A stretch of DNA of 64,000 nt from Azolla caroliniana. Taxonomy: Eukaryota > Plantae > Polypodiophyta. The translations under genes were made by a program, and so were the position numbers. Position 1 is the stretch's first letter. Each line of letters begins with the position of its first letter. The stretch lies in the NCBI GenBank assembly GCA_043228905.1, contig JBHGNT010000016.1:9424001-9488000 (forward strand), given 5' to 3'. This document shows positions 49,925 to 62,600 of this stretch, piece by piece. A model generated the notes under the pieces. That model searched no databases. It worked only from the letters and a program-made list of their open reading frames with translations, and was not told the origin of the DNA.

Positions 49925-52039
49925 GGGTGGAATCGGTCTTTTATGCTAACAAATAAAACATCCTCCATGATTGTACTGTACTTGCATCCCTTACTCCACG
50001 CTCTGGCTGAGTGAGACTAGATTCTTTGTTGTGGTAGGAACATGCAAGACGCTTTTGATGTAGGTCTGGTTTTCCTCTTTGCCGAATGGGACATTACCGA
50101 CATGTCGTATCGGATGCATGGTGTCATTTCCAGTCTCTACATAGCCAGGTCGATCGGGCTTTCTTAATTCACAAAACCATTCTTCATGAGATGTCATGTG
50201 ATTTGAGGCATTGGAGTTGACAAACCATACATCTTCTAAATTAGAGGTGTTGATTGGGCTGAGGGTCAACATAGAGTTTTGCTATATGTTTCATCACGAA
50301 CATTCCACCATAGTCATCGTATTTGGAGTTGGTGGCGTAATTGGTGAGTTGTCGACTTGTAGACGCTAACTCACTCTTCTTCTTTCGACACTCCTCTTCA
50401 TGGTGGTCAATTTTTTCATAGTATCTACATTTGATGAGGTTGTTTTTTCGGCTTGGTCCAGCATGGAAGCTCCCCCTTCTTTTGAATGTTCCTCTTGGGT
50501 TTCCACCATCTTACTGGTAATGGGAGTTCTTTTCATAGGTCGAACCTTGTCCTTGGCTAAATTAGCCTCTTCTTGCGTGGTTGCGTCCTCTTCCTCTATC
50601 TAAGTGTGTGTAGAGCATGTGTCCTTCGAATGCATTGCTCTTGGTTCGAACATGGTTTTCTTCAACCGATAACATTGATTGAAGATCCAAGAAAGAGGGA
50701 GCTTGATTCTCTCTTGCTAGAATGGCGGTTCTCATTGCATCAAACCGTGTTGCAAGGCCACCTAGGCATATTTGCACCATTTCATCATCCTCCACATTAA
50801 CGCTTATTGAGCCGAGTGAATCATAAAGCTCCTTGATCTTCAAGGTGTAGCTTGTGATGGACATGTCCCTTTGTTGGACATTGTTCAAATCTTGGTGGAG
50901 TTGAAGCTTTCGTGTTGTCGTATTGGCGACGAATATTTTCTTGAGATTCCCCCAAGCTTCTTTCAACGTCTTGGCTTCCCGAGTGTAGCTGAGCATGTGG
51001 TCACGGACACATGTCTCCAAGCAATACATCACTCGACTCACCATTTTCTCCCATGTTGGGTATTTGGCATTCGTTGGGTTATGTTTATTTTCTTGCGCTC
51101 CTTTGATGTATCTCCAATAACCTTAGGTAACAAGGTATTGGTGCATCTTGTATTCCCAAGATTCATAGTTGTTTCAGTCCAACTTCTCGCTAGGGAGAGG
51201 GCTACAGATTTGAGTGTCCATGATATCATCATCTTCTTCTTCCTTAGACACGAGCTATGTAATGTCACTACGATAGCGATGAGCCGGTTCTTCTTGAACG
51301 TCGGCATAGAACACAACACGCGTGGATGAGCTAGATCGGACTGCCAACGCGCTCTGATACCATGTAAATAATTACCTACAATAATTATGTTAGGCGGAAT
51401 AGATTAGATGTGTGTTTGTGTCTGTGTGTGTGAGAGAGAGAGAGAAGAGAAAAAAGAAAAAAGATAGAAGAATCAAATGTATATTTATCCAGGAATAAGA
51501 AAATAAACTAGCAATCAACCAAATTCAAAGGAAGGATGAAGGTGCTTTATATAAAGTCACCCTCTCTATATATTCTCTCACTAAAACGTTGTGGTTTTGA
51601 TCTCGGCATATGCGTGCAAAGGAAAAGAAAGTGAATTCGGGAAGTACGCATCGGGCTTCTTGTCGAAGAAAGAGGAGAACTGAAATAGCTTGTATTGATA
51701 ATTCCAAGATTATTACAATTGCATTTCTTGCCTATCCTTGATAAGATTACTCACCCCCCTTTTTATACATGAGGAAGGTGGATGCATGAGTGCCAAGTGT
51801 CACCCATGCATAAGAGGCACTTACATTAGTGGGCACTTGATATTATGTTTTTTTTCGTAGATTCAACTAGCAATTTACACATAATATTATCATCCTATGG
51901 TGACCGGTTCTTATCGAGCTATTAGCTATCGCTTAACGAAACAATCATTTACATATTTGCACATAATATTATCATCATTAGGTGATCGGTTCTTATCAAG
52001 TTATTAGCTATCGCTTAGCTAATTTAACAACCATTTACA
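49925..52039 (-). mobile_element. Ty1/copia gag-protease with PBS and adjoining LTR
   Basis: Gag EAWGNLKKIF..SITSYTLKIKEL, protease WFVNSNASNHMT. PBS TGGTATCAGAGC at 51351-51362. LTR 51363-52039 bounded by TGTAAAT..ATTTACA. Confidence 0.85.
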
Positions 52040-53514
52040 AAGATTCTAATTAATTCCTATAATTTGGTAGAGGTTATTTTCTCATCATGGCACAAAAACG
52101 TCACGACAATGTCCACTATCTCTCTAGAAACTCATTAGTTATGTGTCATGGGGAATATGGAAACTCATTAGTTATGTTTCATAGAATATGATTCTATGGC
52201 ACATAATTAATGTTAGAAAGTAGTGGTGACCTTTGACCTTTGAGTGTACATACATTCTCAAAAATGGTGTGTTTACACACTAGACTTGGGTTAAGTTTGG
52301 TTCTCAACAAAATATCATCTCATTCTATTTAAAATAGACACAAGACTAGGATATGCATCATCATAATATACAACCTAGGGTCAAGAGCCTATACACTCTA
52401 GGATCTGTAGGAAGGAAAGATGGCACCTAGGATGTAGAATTTGATTCACCTTGGAGAGGATAGCCAAGCCATCAAAAGAAAGGTATAACACTAATTAGTA
52501 AGTATTGGAAAGGTTGTGGAAAGTGAGGACCATGGATGAAATTCAAATTAGGACCTAATGAGACCTAGGTGGAAAGTTTGGAAATTTCAAATCAAGTGAT
52601 GTGAAGAGAGAAGCAAACATGTTGAAAATTTTAATGGATAAGACATTAAATCTAGCACTTGAGACTATCCTTGATGACAAGAGGTAGCAGAGCTCTATTG
52701 ATGAGGCCATGCTAGATCCATCATGAAAAGAAGTTCTGACACATTGGAATTTAGTAGTCCAACCAAACTAGATGGTCATCAAAGTTGAGGATTGATTGCA
52801 CAACTCAAAACAATCTATGATATCAAATTGGCGTATCGTAATGACTATCCTAAAGGAGGTCATAGAGTGATGGAGCATGGGGACCACTCTATAATGGAAG
52901 GGTTAAGAAAGTGACCAATAAGAGAGAAAGAGGATAACAATAATATAATTGCATTATTAATGAAAGAAGGATCATTTTCTCTTCCTAGAATGGCTATGTG
53001 CCTAGATTTTTAATATTCCTCTTGAATATTGTATTGAAGGTAATCACTACTATGGATGACGTGACAATATATTACTAAGAAAGTTTGAAAACAATGTTTT
53101 TGGCTGATCATTTTTTTAAAGAAAACATATCCTTCCATTAGTTTTAAAAAGCATATCAACTACAAAATACAAAATGATGGAAAGGAAGTGATTATCCTTC
53201 CCCAACCCGTCTTGTGTAAGACAATAGCTAGCCAGGAATCCTTCATTTGATAGACTTGATTGAGCACTTGATCAATAGTTGAAACATACCATGAATTTGC
53301 ATATGTTCAAACCAAATCAATCTTCCTCATCATGTTCATAATCAACATATCCAGATACCACCTTTGGGTCATCACATGCATCCAATATACCACCACATTT
53401 ACAATGACCAAGCATCCTCTAGTTTCCATATTCAACGTAAAACTCAAGCAAAACATTATGGTATAGAGCTCATTCCATGATTCCAACATATGCCTTCATG
53501 TAAAACCATGTGAT

Positions 53515-53700
53515 CAACACCCACCTTAAGGTATCTTTGCCCATCGAATAGTTTATATGCATCTGATAAACTTCCACATGTTGTGTACAAATCAACAATG
53601 CTTCTAATGAGCATATTCAAGTTGATACCTAACTGAGCGATGGCAATATGGATTTATTTTCCTTTCTTTTAACTCAGATGTGTTTTGAACATGTTTTTGG
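53515..53700 (-). pseudogene. Remnant of a PLS-class pentatricopeptide-repeat (PPR) gene
   Basis: Hand translation of the - strand from 53653: IHIAIAQLGINLNMLIRSIVDLYTTCGSLSDAYKLFD, matching the PPR pattern IH...LVDMYxKCGSLxDAxxLFD. Frameshifted upstream. Confidence 0.6.
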
Positions 53701-54856
53701 CTCATCATTATATATCATAGATTAATTTAATTAGTCATTAATGGATGTAAATAGAATTTTATACCATATTCTCTATTTCTATTTAACATCGCATTGATAT
53801 GGTGATATGATGAAGCGAAAACCAATGATACAAAACATGGTTGAAAATTGAAATGCTAAGATCTAGCCATTAATACCTAAGGTTTAAGGGTTCACAATCC
53901 TTTGAAGATTATTGTTGATAAAGACAAAGCTCTATTGGATAAATGCCAACATGGGAGAATGTGGTAAAAATATATATGCAACATTTATTTTCTCCACATA
54001 AACACCTACACAATTCCTATAGATACAACTTACAAGTACAAGAAATTGTTTACTATTTGTATGTATGTATGTATGTACGTATATACTCCACACCACGCCC
54101 ATCTAAGCACCTACACAATTCCTATAGGTACAAATACATAAACTTTTTTAATCTCTCTCATACAATTTTGTATATATTCAACACTACACCCAATTGCACA
54201 TTACTGTGCTTATAATCTTATACATTATATTCTACATATTCCCATATAAATTCCCCAACAAAGCCATACATTTGGACATACCTACACCATTACAATAAGA
54301 CATTACCAAATAAACATTCACCCACATACACATATAAAGTCACATGCACATTGATACACGCATACATAGAAATTACAGTCAATACAAAAAATAAAAACAA
54401 ATGTTAGATGGACAATTGATCAAAGTCAAGCACCCATGCAATGCTAAGGACAAGTGCACATGCAAAAGAAAGAAGATGTGGTGCATGTTAGGCGAAAAGA
54501 ATTTGACATTTCACATGCACGTGTAGATCTATGCAACAATATGATGTCAATATAGGTTAATTCCCTCTGTAGAATTGATTTTAAGCCTGTAGCTTTGAAA
54601 CCATGAAAGAAAGAGTATATTAATTTTCATAAAGAAGTACAACAATGTGGGGAATTGAATACATCACCCCAAACCATTTGATGATGATTAAGTATGACAT
54701 CATCGTTTAGGGACGTATATTCAGTAATATCAATGAGTATATCTTTATTGATGTGTAATAATGGAATGGCTAAGCAATAGATTTTGTGATTTCCATTGCA
54801 AATATGTGTTGCCATTTAGATTTTTTTGAGTTGGATAGAAAACTTCTCTAATGTTC

Positions 54857-56582
54857 TCATTGCTTAGGGAGCCATTTACTGCCATCAATGAAGGCAATAC
54901 TGAGGAAGGGCTTGGCTTGTTTATCATTAAGACTACGAGACCATGAAACACGACCTTTACGATTGGCTCCAGGGCCAGAGCATTTATACTCACCATAGAA
55001 TACTTTCCTGTGCTCGAAAATGAAATTAAAAATGAGAGGGAATGAGATTATATTTATAGAGAAACAATTAATAACCACATGTAATGAAGCATAGAAACTA
55101 TCCAATATGTATATCTAACATTACAAGCATGCATATTCCACATAGTAGACATAAATAACTTTAGAAACATTGGTAATGTGTGTAGAGAGAAGGGGAGATT
55201 AGAGATTTTTAAAACTCACCTTTGGTTGGCAGGCACGCCGAAGTCATTCCAACCTTCAGGCCTAATGATACTTGAAAGATATGTGTATGAAAAGACAACC
55301 CTTGAGTAAGCACCCCATGCTCTACCCAAGTAAATGTAACCCGAACCACTAACGACGCAAGAGACAAAAGAGTAACCAGTTTGAGAAGTGGCAGATTGTC
55401 GTTTTTGTGCTGAGATGGAGCCATATGGAGAGGCGATGGAGTGTAGGTGGCATTTCTGAATTAACAAATACATTATTTATTAGAACATAAAATTGGGATT
55501 CTTCATAAAATTTTGTTAGTGATTGGGATAACATGAATTAGTGAATAGAAATATTCTTATTTAAAATAATTTAAAAATCTAGAATTCAAAACAAAAGGTC
55601 ATAAATTGTGGATTACTAATGAAGGTCATATAATACATACGACAAAGAGTGTGCGGCCATCGCCGAAGATGAAGTCAATGGAGCCCTCAATGTAGCAATT
55701 ATAGTAGTAATGGCGACCTTCCTTGTCATAGAGGGTGTCTTGGGCACCATAGAAATTGCAACGATAGAAGGCACCTTTGTCTCCTTGAATTCGAAGCGCC
55801 ACAGCCTGGCGACCAACTGCTCCTGAAGGTGGGGGGGGAGCTGTGTTCTATGAAATACACATTATGCATATAAGTGATTATTTAATGAATGGAAATACAA
55901 GGTTAATTTAATGATATATGTATTTGTTTACTTTAAATGAAATGTCAAGGGCGATGAAGTTGTCAGCTTCAACAGCAACGGAAGCACTACCATAGGTGCT
56001 TAGGGGCTTTCCATCCTTTCCTAGAGTAGAGGCAGTGTCACCCCATTGGATGGTGGTTAGAGAGGCACTTTCCCCTTTAAGAGTAATGTATTGCTTGCCT
56101 GAGGGTATGCGCACCTTTTCAGTGTACACCCCCTTCTTGACGTAAATAATGACTCGCTTCGTGTTTTTTGTCGGCACACGGTTGACGGCAGCTTGCACAG
56201 TCTTGAAGTGACCAGAGCCATCTTTTGCCACCACAATAATTGTTGGGGATGTTGTAGTGCCACTTGAAGCTAGCTTACGTTTCTTGAAGAGGTTTTGCAC
56301 CTTCTTTGTGGCGTCGTTGATGGTCTTGCTAAAGACTCGATCATCAAATTCATATGGACGACGTGGCATATGGTCCTCATTAAAAGTGTCCTCTGTGGGG
56401 TCTGGAAGTACATGACAATCCACAAAATCTAACCAACTATCTAAAGTGTTGTTGGCTTGCCCACAAGTGTTATTAACTATGCTTGCTGTTGTTGGGTTAG
56501 TATAATGTATTGTCGATGCCACAAACACACTTGGTAGCACCACTAATACTAGATTGATGAATGCACGCCTCTGCAAGTCCAT
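54857..56582 (-). CDS. Pectin methylesterase (pectinesterase, CE8), 4 exons, 414 aa, no PMEI domain
   Basis: GT-AG exons 56582-55932, 55847-55641, 55455-55220, 55007-54857 (1245 nt). N-terminal hydrophobic signal/anchor. Motifs [62 protein letters not shown]. Confidence 0.95.
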
Positions 56583-57643
56583 GATTTGCTAGTTGTGTTT
56601 CTAAAAGCTCTCCAAATGATCTCTCCTTGTCTCTCTATCTATCAATTTAATTATGTTAGGGATCAATTGTGCTAGTTAAATAGAACATAATCGTTGGTGA
56701 TCATGCTTGCCCACTTTCTTCACATTATCAATTAGTATGCTACAAAAAGTCATTTAACATTTATAAAGTCTAGCACTACGTCTCCATTTCTTGTATCACA
56801 TGAAAATCTAGGTTTCTTTGTCATATTATGCAACCACTAATTTGGCAAAGAGTTTATAAAATATTCTCATACTATGTTTTGACCGTAAATATAATGTTTT
56901 ACATCACATTTTCATAAATTATAACTATCTTTATATTAAATAAATTATTCTACTATTCAATTGTCATTCACATTAGGGGATACTCATTCTAAATGGATAA
57001 CTATATAACTTTTAAAGTCCATGGTTTTGAAGAAAAGGCCATAACATTCACAATATGACTCCAAATTCGATGTTCCTAATGTTTGGGGATCCTATCACTC
57101 AGATGTTTCTATATTTTAAATAAGATATACTAAAACCCTTTAGCCAACCCCACAACACAAGTATATTAATAATGTGCCATCTATTCAAGGTCCAAAATTT
57201 GCCTAATGGAGGTGATAATAGGTTCAGCAAAAGCAAGTTGTTTGTGATGTAGGCCAAAGTCATATGGACCAAATGAAGGTGATTTAAATGTGGCACCAAC
57301 TCAGTAGATCGATTCATGTTGAAGATTTGAAAGAAGGGAAACATATTTATTAAACATTGTGTAAGAAAAATTTCTAAAACCATAGATAAGATTACTTGCA
57401 ATATTTTTTTCTTTTTTTCTCCATGATTAACAACATTTTTTTAATGTTTTCTCCTTTTTGACATCATTGGACACTTCGCCTTCTTAGTATCTATTGATAT
57501 ACTTTTTGTACATCCTTTCTTTCCCTCTCTCTCTATCTCTTACTTTTTGTTTGTTTTGTCTCTTTTCTCCTTTTTCTCAAACAACCACAATGTGCACTCT
57601 CAATTGCAAATGCTTATAAGTAAAATTCTTAAATATTAAGAAT

Positions 57644-58009
57644 TGTTGAATGAGAAGCTCAACATGTAGCTGGATCGGCAAAAGCCGAAAGGCCGAATCG
57701 GCTAAGAGCCAAAAAATGGGCAATAGGGACAGATCGGTTGGAGAAATCGTTAGGACACAACTTTTGGGAATTGGGCTTGCAGGAATATTATAGGCTAATC
57801 AATGTCAAAGCTCATGAACGAGCTCAGAGAACTTGTGTCAGTACTCTTTTGTATAAAAAATGCTCTGTGTGCACATTGTATGTATAGAGTCATTTTGTAA
57901 TAGAAATTTTTGGGTGTTGTTTGCTAACTCTGTCTGCCTGTCTCACTGTGCACTTGCTCTCCACCCCTATTCTCTGTGAATACCTAATTGTCTACTATTA
58001 TTTAGCCAA
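57644..58009 (+). mobile_element. Truncated 5' LTR of copia family A
   Basis: TGTTGAATGAGAAGCTCAAC..GCACATTGTATGTATAGAGTCAT resembles 63177-63435. Confidence 0.65.
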
Positions 58010-59650
58010 TGTCACAGACACACCAACCCTAGCCTAGGACAAAGCACAGATGACGAGGCTACAACCAATAAGGTTACGAACGTGGAACACGACGTGATGA
58101 GGCCAGAAACTCGGGAAGTTGGGAGCGACAAGATGAGGAACTTAAGATGTTGGGAACAATACAAAACCATAAAGTCAGAGATGTAAATCAAGGAGAGAAG
58201 ATGGGGCTAAACAAGAATACTAGATTGATGTGTCGATGACTGGCGTTGAATCCCATGAAAAGGGACCAAGGAGGTTACAAGTATTTATACTGTGACTCGA
58301 AGTACATACATTAGAATATTCGGGAGAATATTCTAGAACCCTCTAGAACTTTCTAAAAAATCCTAGAACTTAAAATAGATAATCTACTAATAATCTACTA
58401 AGATATACAAAACATGACTCTATATTTGGATGTGTTGGTTAGAACACAACACTTGTCTATATACGAGTGGTCAAGAGTTCAAATGTTGTCGTCATGTCTG
58501 TGACATTATCCTCCCTTTACGGCCACCTTTTTGAAAGTGTGGTGTCGGGGTGAGCTAAAAGAGAAAACCAAAGTACGTTGAGGCATGAGGGACCATGAGC
58601 AGTCCTCACTAGAAATAGGAGCACAAGTGAACGCGGGAAACCATGTGTGGTCCTCACCAGAGACTAGACACCAACGTGAGTGTGAGCAACCATGTTCAGT
58701 CCTCACTAGAGACTGGAACACCAACGTGAGCGTGAGCGACCATGTGTGGTCCTCACTGGAGATGGAACACCAACATGAGTGTGAGCGACCATGTATGGTC
58801 CTCACTAGAGACTGGAACATTAATGTGACCATGAGCGACCATGTGTGGTCCTCACCAGAGACTAGAACACCAACATGAGTGAACGACCATGTGCGGTCCT
58901 CACTGGAGACTGGAACACCAATGAACGTGAGCGACCATGTGCAGTCCTCACCAGAGACACAAACACCAATGGGCGTGAGCGACCATGTGCGGTCCTCACC
59001 GGAGACACGAACGCCAACGAGCGTGAGAGACCATGAACGGTCCTTACCGGAGACACAAAAACCAACAGAAATGAGTGACCATGTGTGGTCCTCACCGGGA
59101 ACAGGAACACCAACGGACGTGAGCGACCATGTGCGGTCCTCACCGGGAACTGGAACACCAACGAACGTGACTGACCATGTAGAGTCCTCACCAGAGAAGC
59201 AAACACCAACGGGCGTGAGCGACCCTGTGCGGTCCTCATCGAGAATTGGAAAAACTTGATGTCAATGAAGGCTAGGCAAAGTAGTGTTGATGATGACACC
59301 AAGAGGTGTTGAAGATGATGATGTCGAAGAAGAAGCAATGAAGACAATGATGTTGAGGATGTGTCTCTCGAAGCAATGATTGTGACTATGGCAATTATGA
59401 AAACAGAGAAATAGTTGAAGATGATAAGAAACAAAGAGATCAAGATGTTGAGGATAAAAAGAAACACAAAGACAGAGATATAGAGGATAATAGAATACAC
59501 AATGACAGGGACGCAAATGATAAGAACACATAGATACGGATGATGATGATAAGAAACAAATAGATAGAGATGAAAATGGTAGGAAACATAGGTAGAAGGA
59601 TGACAATGACAAAAAACCCAGAGATAGGGATGTGGAAGATGATAAGAAGC
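58010..59650 (-). mobile_element. 3' end of an LTR retrotransposon: 496-bp LTR, PPT, repeat-bearing 3' internal region
   Basis: LTR 58010-58505 with perfect 11-bp inverted termini TGTCACAGACA/TGTCTGTGACA. PPT AAAGGGAGGATAA on the - strand at 58506-58518. Confidence 0.8.
58591..59240. repeat. Tandem array of 14 units of 48-50 bp with a palindromic core
   Basis: Consensus GACCATGTGCGGTCCTCACCGGAGACTGGAACACCAACGAACGTGAGC. Units 7-13 are exactly 48 bp. Confidence 0.95.
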
Positions 59651-59659
59651 GCAAAGATA

Positions 59660-62600
59660 GGGATGACCTGGTATCAGTCGGCACCGCCATGTTTGCCAAA
59701 GGATAGAAGATTGAATCGGATATCGATCTCTGGCATAAGAGGATCGGCCACGTACCAGAGGCTTCAAGATCTGCAGTCAAAACAAGTTGTGTTCGGATTG
59801 CCGAAGTTTAGTGGCCGGAAGGCCCAAATATGTGGAGTTTGCCAACTCGGGAAGCAACACCGGATTCCATTCCCACAGAATCAAAACAGAGCCGTAACAA
59901 GCTCGATCTAATCCATTCAGATGTATGGTGACTGACACAGAACATTAGTCTTGGTGGGAGTTGGTATTTCGTCTCCTTCATCGACAACTATAGCCGACAC
60001 ACGTCAATCTATCTTATCGAGAAGAAAAATGAAGTTTTCGACTATTTCCGGACCTTCAAAGCTTAATTGAAAGGGAAACAGAGAGGAAGATCAAGTGCCT
60101 ACGATTGGATGGTAGAAAAGAATACTTTTCTAGCCAATTCAACTGTTATCTGCAGTAGAACGGAATTCGGAGAGAATTCAGCTGCCGATACACATTGGAA
60201 CAAAATGGTGTGGCTGAGAGAAAGAATCGGTCGATTGTCGGCTTGACAAGGGCAATGCTAGAGGAGAAGAGCATGCCCAAATTCTATTGGGCTCAGGCAA
60301 TTCGGATGGCCGTCTACATCCAAAACAGGATCGAAGACAAGTTATCTACACAGGAGTTGTATTTCGGGTGGAAGCTGAATTTGAGGCACCTTCGGATCTT
60401 CGGTAGCATAGCATATCTGCATGTACCAGATGAGAAGCAGAGGAAGCTGGATCCGAAGTCGGAGAAGTGCATCCTAGTTGGTTACTTGCATGAGCAGAAG
60501 GGGTATAAGTGTTACAACCCCCAGACGAAGCAGGTACGAGTAAGCTGAGATGTTGAGTTTGATGAGTCGACATCATGGTACTCTCTACCGACTCCAACCT
60601 CCGACTCCAACCCGATTCCGGAAGATGAGACTAGTGAGCTTGAGGAGGTCCAGGTAGAAGATGATGACTTCGGCACTCTAGAAGAGAGTCCGATCTCATT
60701 CCGGCTAAGTGGGCTGAATGAGCGGCTGAGTTGGGATGAAGAACCGGCGAGTAGTGAAGACTCTACCGTGCTCTTCCTGTGCAAGGAACGAGGAGACGGT
60801 TCATGTGCAAAGAGAAGGGAAGAAGAAGATGCCGGAATACGATACCGGTAGCGAAGGGTTGGATCAAAACGAATATGACACCGGAAAGGAAGAAGGTGGA
60901 TCTTTAGAAAGGAAGTCCGAATTGGCCAAGATGGGCCTCAAACCGGGTAGCGAAAAGTTACGCTAATCAATCGGTCAAAAGAAAACCGTCATGAGGTACG
61001 GATAAAAATAGTACATGCCGCATCACTATGCGTACATGACTAAGGTGGCGGAAGTGTGTGAACCGGAGAGCTATGCAGGAGCGGCAAAAGACGCAAATGG
61101 GCGTGCTGCTATGGAGGAAGAAATGTGGGCACTTGATGCCAACGACAGATGGGACTTGGTTGACCCTCCTCGACAGTATAAACAGATCGGTTGCAAATGG
61201 GTATATAAGGTGAAGTACAATGCTGACGGTTCGGTCAACTGGTACAAGGCCTGGTTAGTGGCAAAGGGATACGCACAGACCTACAGAATCGACTATGATG
61301 AGACCTTTGCTCCGGTAGCGAAGATGACGACGGTTCGTGTGGTACTAGCTGTTGCTGCAGCAACGAGATGGCATCTTCACCAAATGGACGTGAAGAATAC
61401 GTTTCTTCAAGGTGACCTTGAAGAACGGGTCTATATGATCCAACCCCCCGGTTTCCAATCGGAGATGAACAAGTTGGCAGTATGCCGACTCAAGAAGTCG
61501 TTTTACGGTCTGAAGCAAGCCCCCCGAGCTTAGAATGCTAAGATCACGCACTGGTTGCGTAAGATGGGGTTTGCGGCCTCAAAGTCCGACTCGTCACTGT
61601 TCATCCAGAAAGGTCTGGATAGTCTGGTCTGTATCCTGCTATATGTTGATGATTTAGTCATCACCGGACCTGGACAGGATGAAATCGGTAGAGTGAAGTG
61701 CTAGTTGTCGGACGCATTTGAAATGAAGGATCTGGGAGACCTTCATTATTTTCTTGGGATCAAGTGATCCAGACCCTTGATGGCATATTGCTCTCACAAA
61801 GACACTATGTGCTGAATATGTTGTACAAGTTCGGCATGACGGAATGTCGACCGATCTCCACACCCTTGGACCGGAACTTGAAGGTACGTCCCAACTCCGG
61901 CCCGGCCTGCGATGAGAAACGGTTCCGACAAATTGTCGGAAACCTTATATACTTGACGATCACCTAACCTGACATCAATTATCCAGTCAGGGTGATTAGC
62001 CAGTTCATGCAGAAGCCGACCGTTGAGCACCTTTAGTGCGCAGACCGGATACTCTGGTATGTTAGCGGCACGAAGGATCGGGGACTGTTATACCGACACG
62101 GTATAGCTGGGAAGCTAGTCAGATATACCGATGTTGACTGGGTCAATGATGCTTCGGATCGTCGATCCACCTCCGGTTACATGTTTTCTCTTAGTAGTGT
62201 GGTTGTTGCATGAAGTAGCAAAAAGCAGCCAATAGTGGCTTTGTCGAGCACTATGGCTGAATACCAGGGCGGTACCATTGCCACCTGTGAAACTATCTGG
62301 CTTCGGAGATTGCTGCGAGACCTTCAGATCGAGGTGCCGACCCCGATCCTGATTTATTGTGACAACGTAAGCAACATATAGCTCTCCAAGAATCCTGTAT
62401 TCCATGCTCGGACAAAGCACATAGAAGTGCATTATCACTTTGTTCGTGAGTATGTCCTGAGCGGTGAAGTTGAACTTCAGTATGTTCACACGAATCGGTA
62501 GATTGCCGACATCTTCACCAAGCTGCTCGGATTGGACAAGTTGCATCATTTTTCAGAGATGCTTGGCATTCAACATCTCGATGTGCCACACTTGAGGGGG

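Noticed and set aside
58591-59240. CRISPR array
   Set aside because: The linkers are homologous to each other rather than unique spacers, there are no cas genes, and the context is a plant retrotransposon.
58591-59240. Tandem hammerhead ribozymes (the - strand reads CTGGTGA-GGACC-loop-GGTC, resembling CUGAUGA plus stem II)
   Set aside because: The required GAAA after stem II is replaced by GCTC and A6 is usually G, so the catalytic core is absent.
59669-59677. TGGTATCAG as a tRNA-Met primer-binding site
   Set aside because: No LTR end precedes it, the match stops at 9 nt, and it lies at the edge of pol coding sequence (..VGTAMFAKG).
58862-59767. 301-aa hydrophobic ORF as an env-like gene
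   Set aside because: It starts in the antisense strand of the neighbouring copia. Its hydrophobicity follows from T/C-rich low-complexity DNA and its C-terminus is the 48-bp repeat, so it is probably a chance chimeric ORF.
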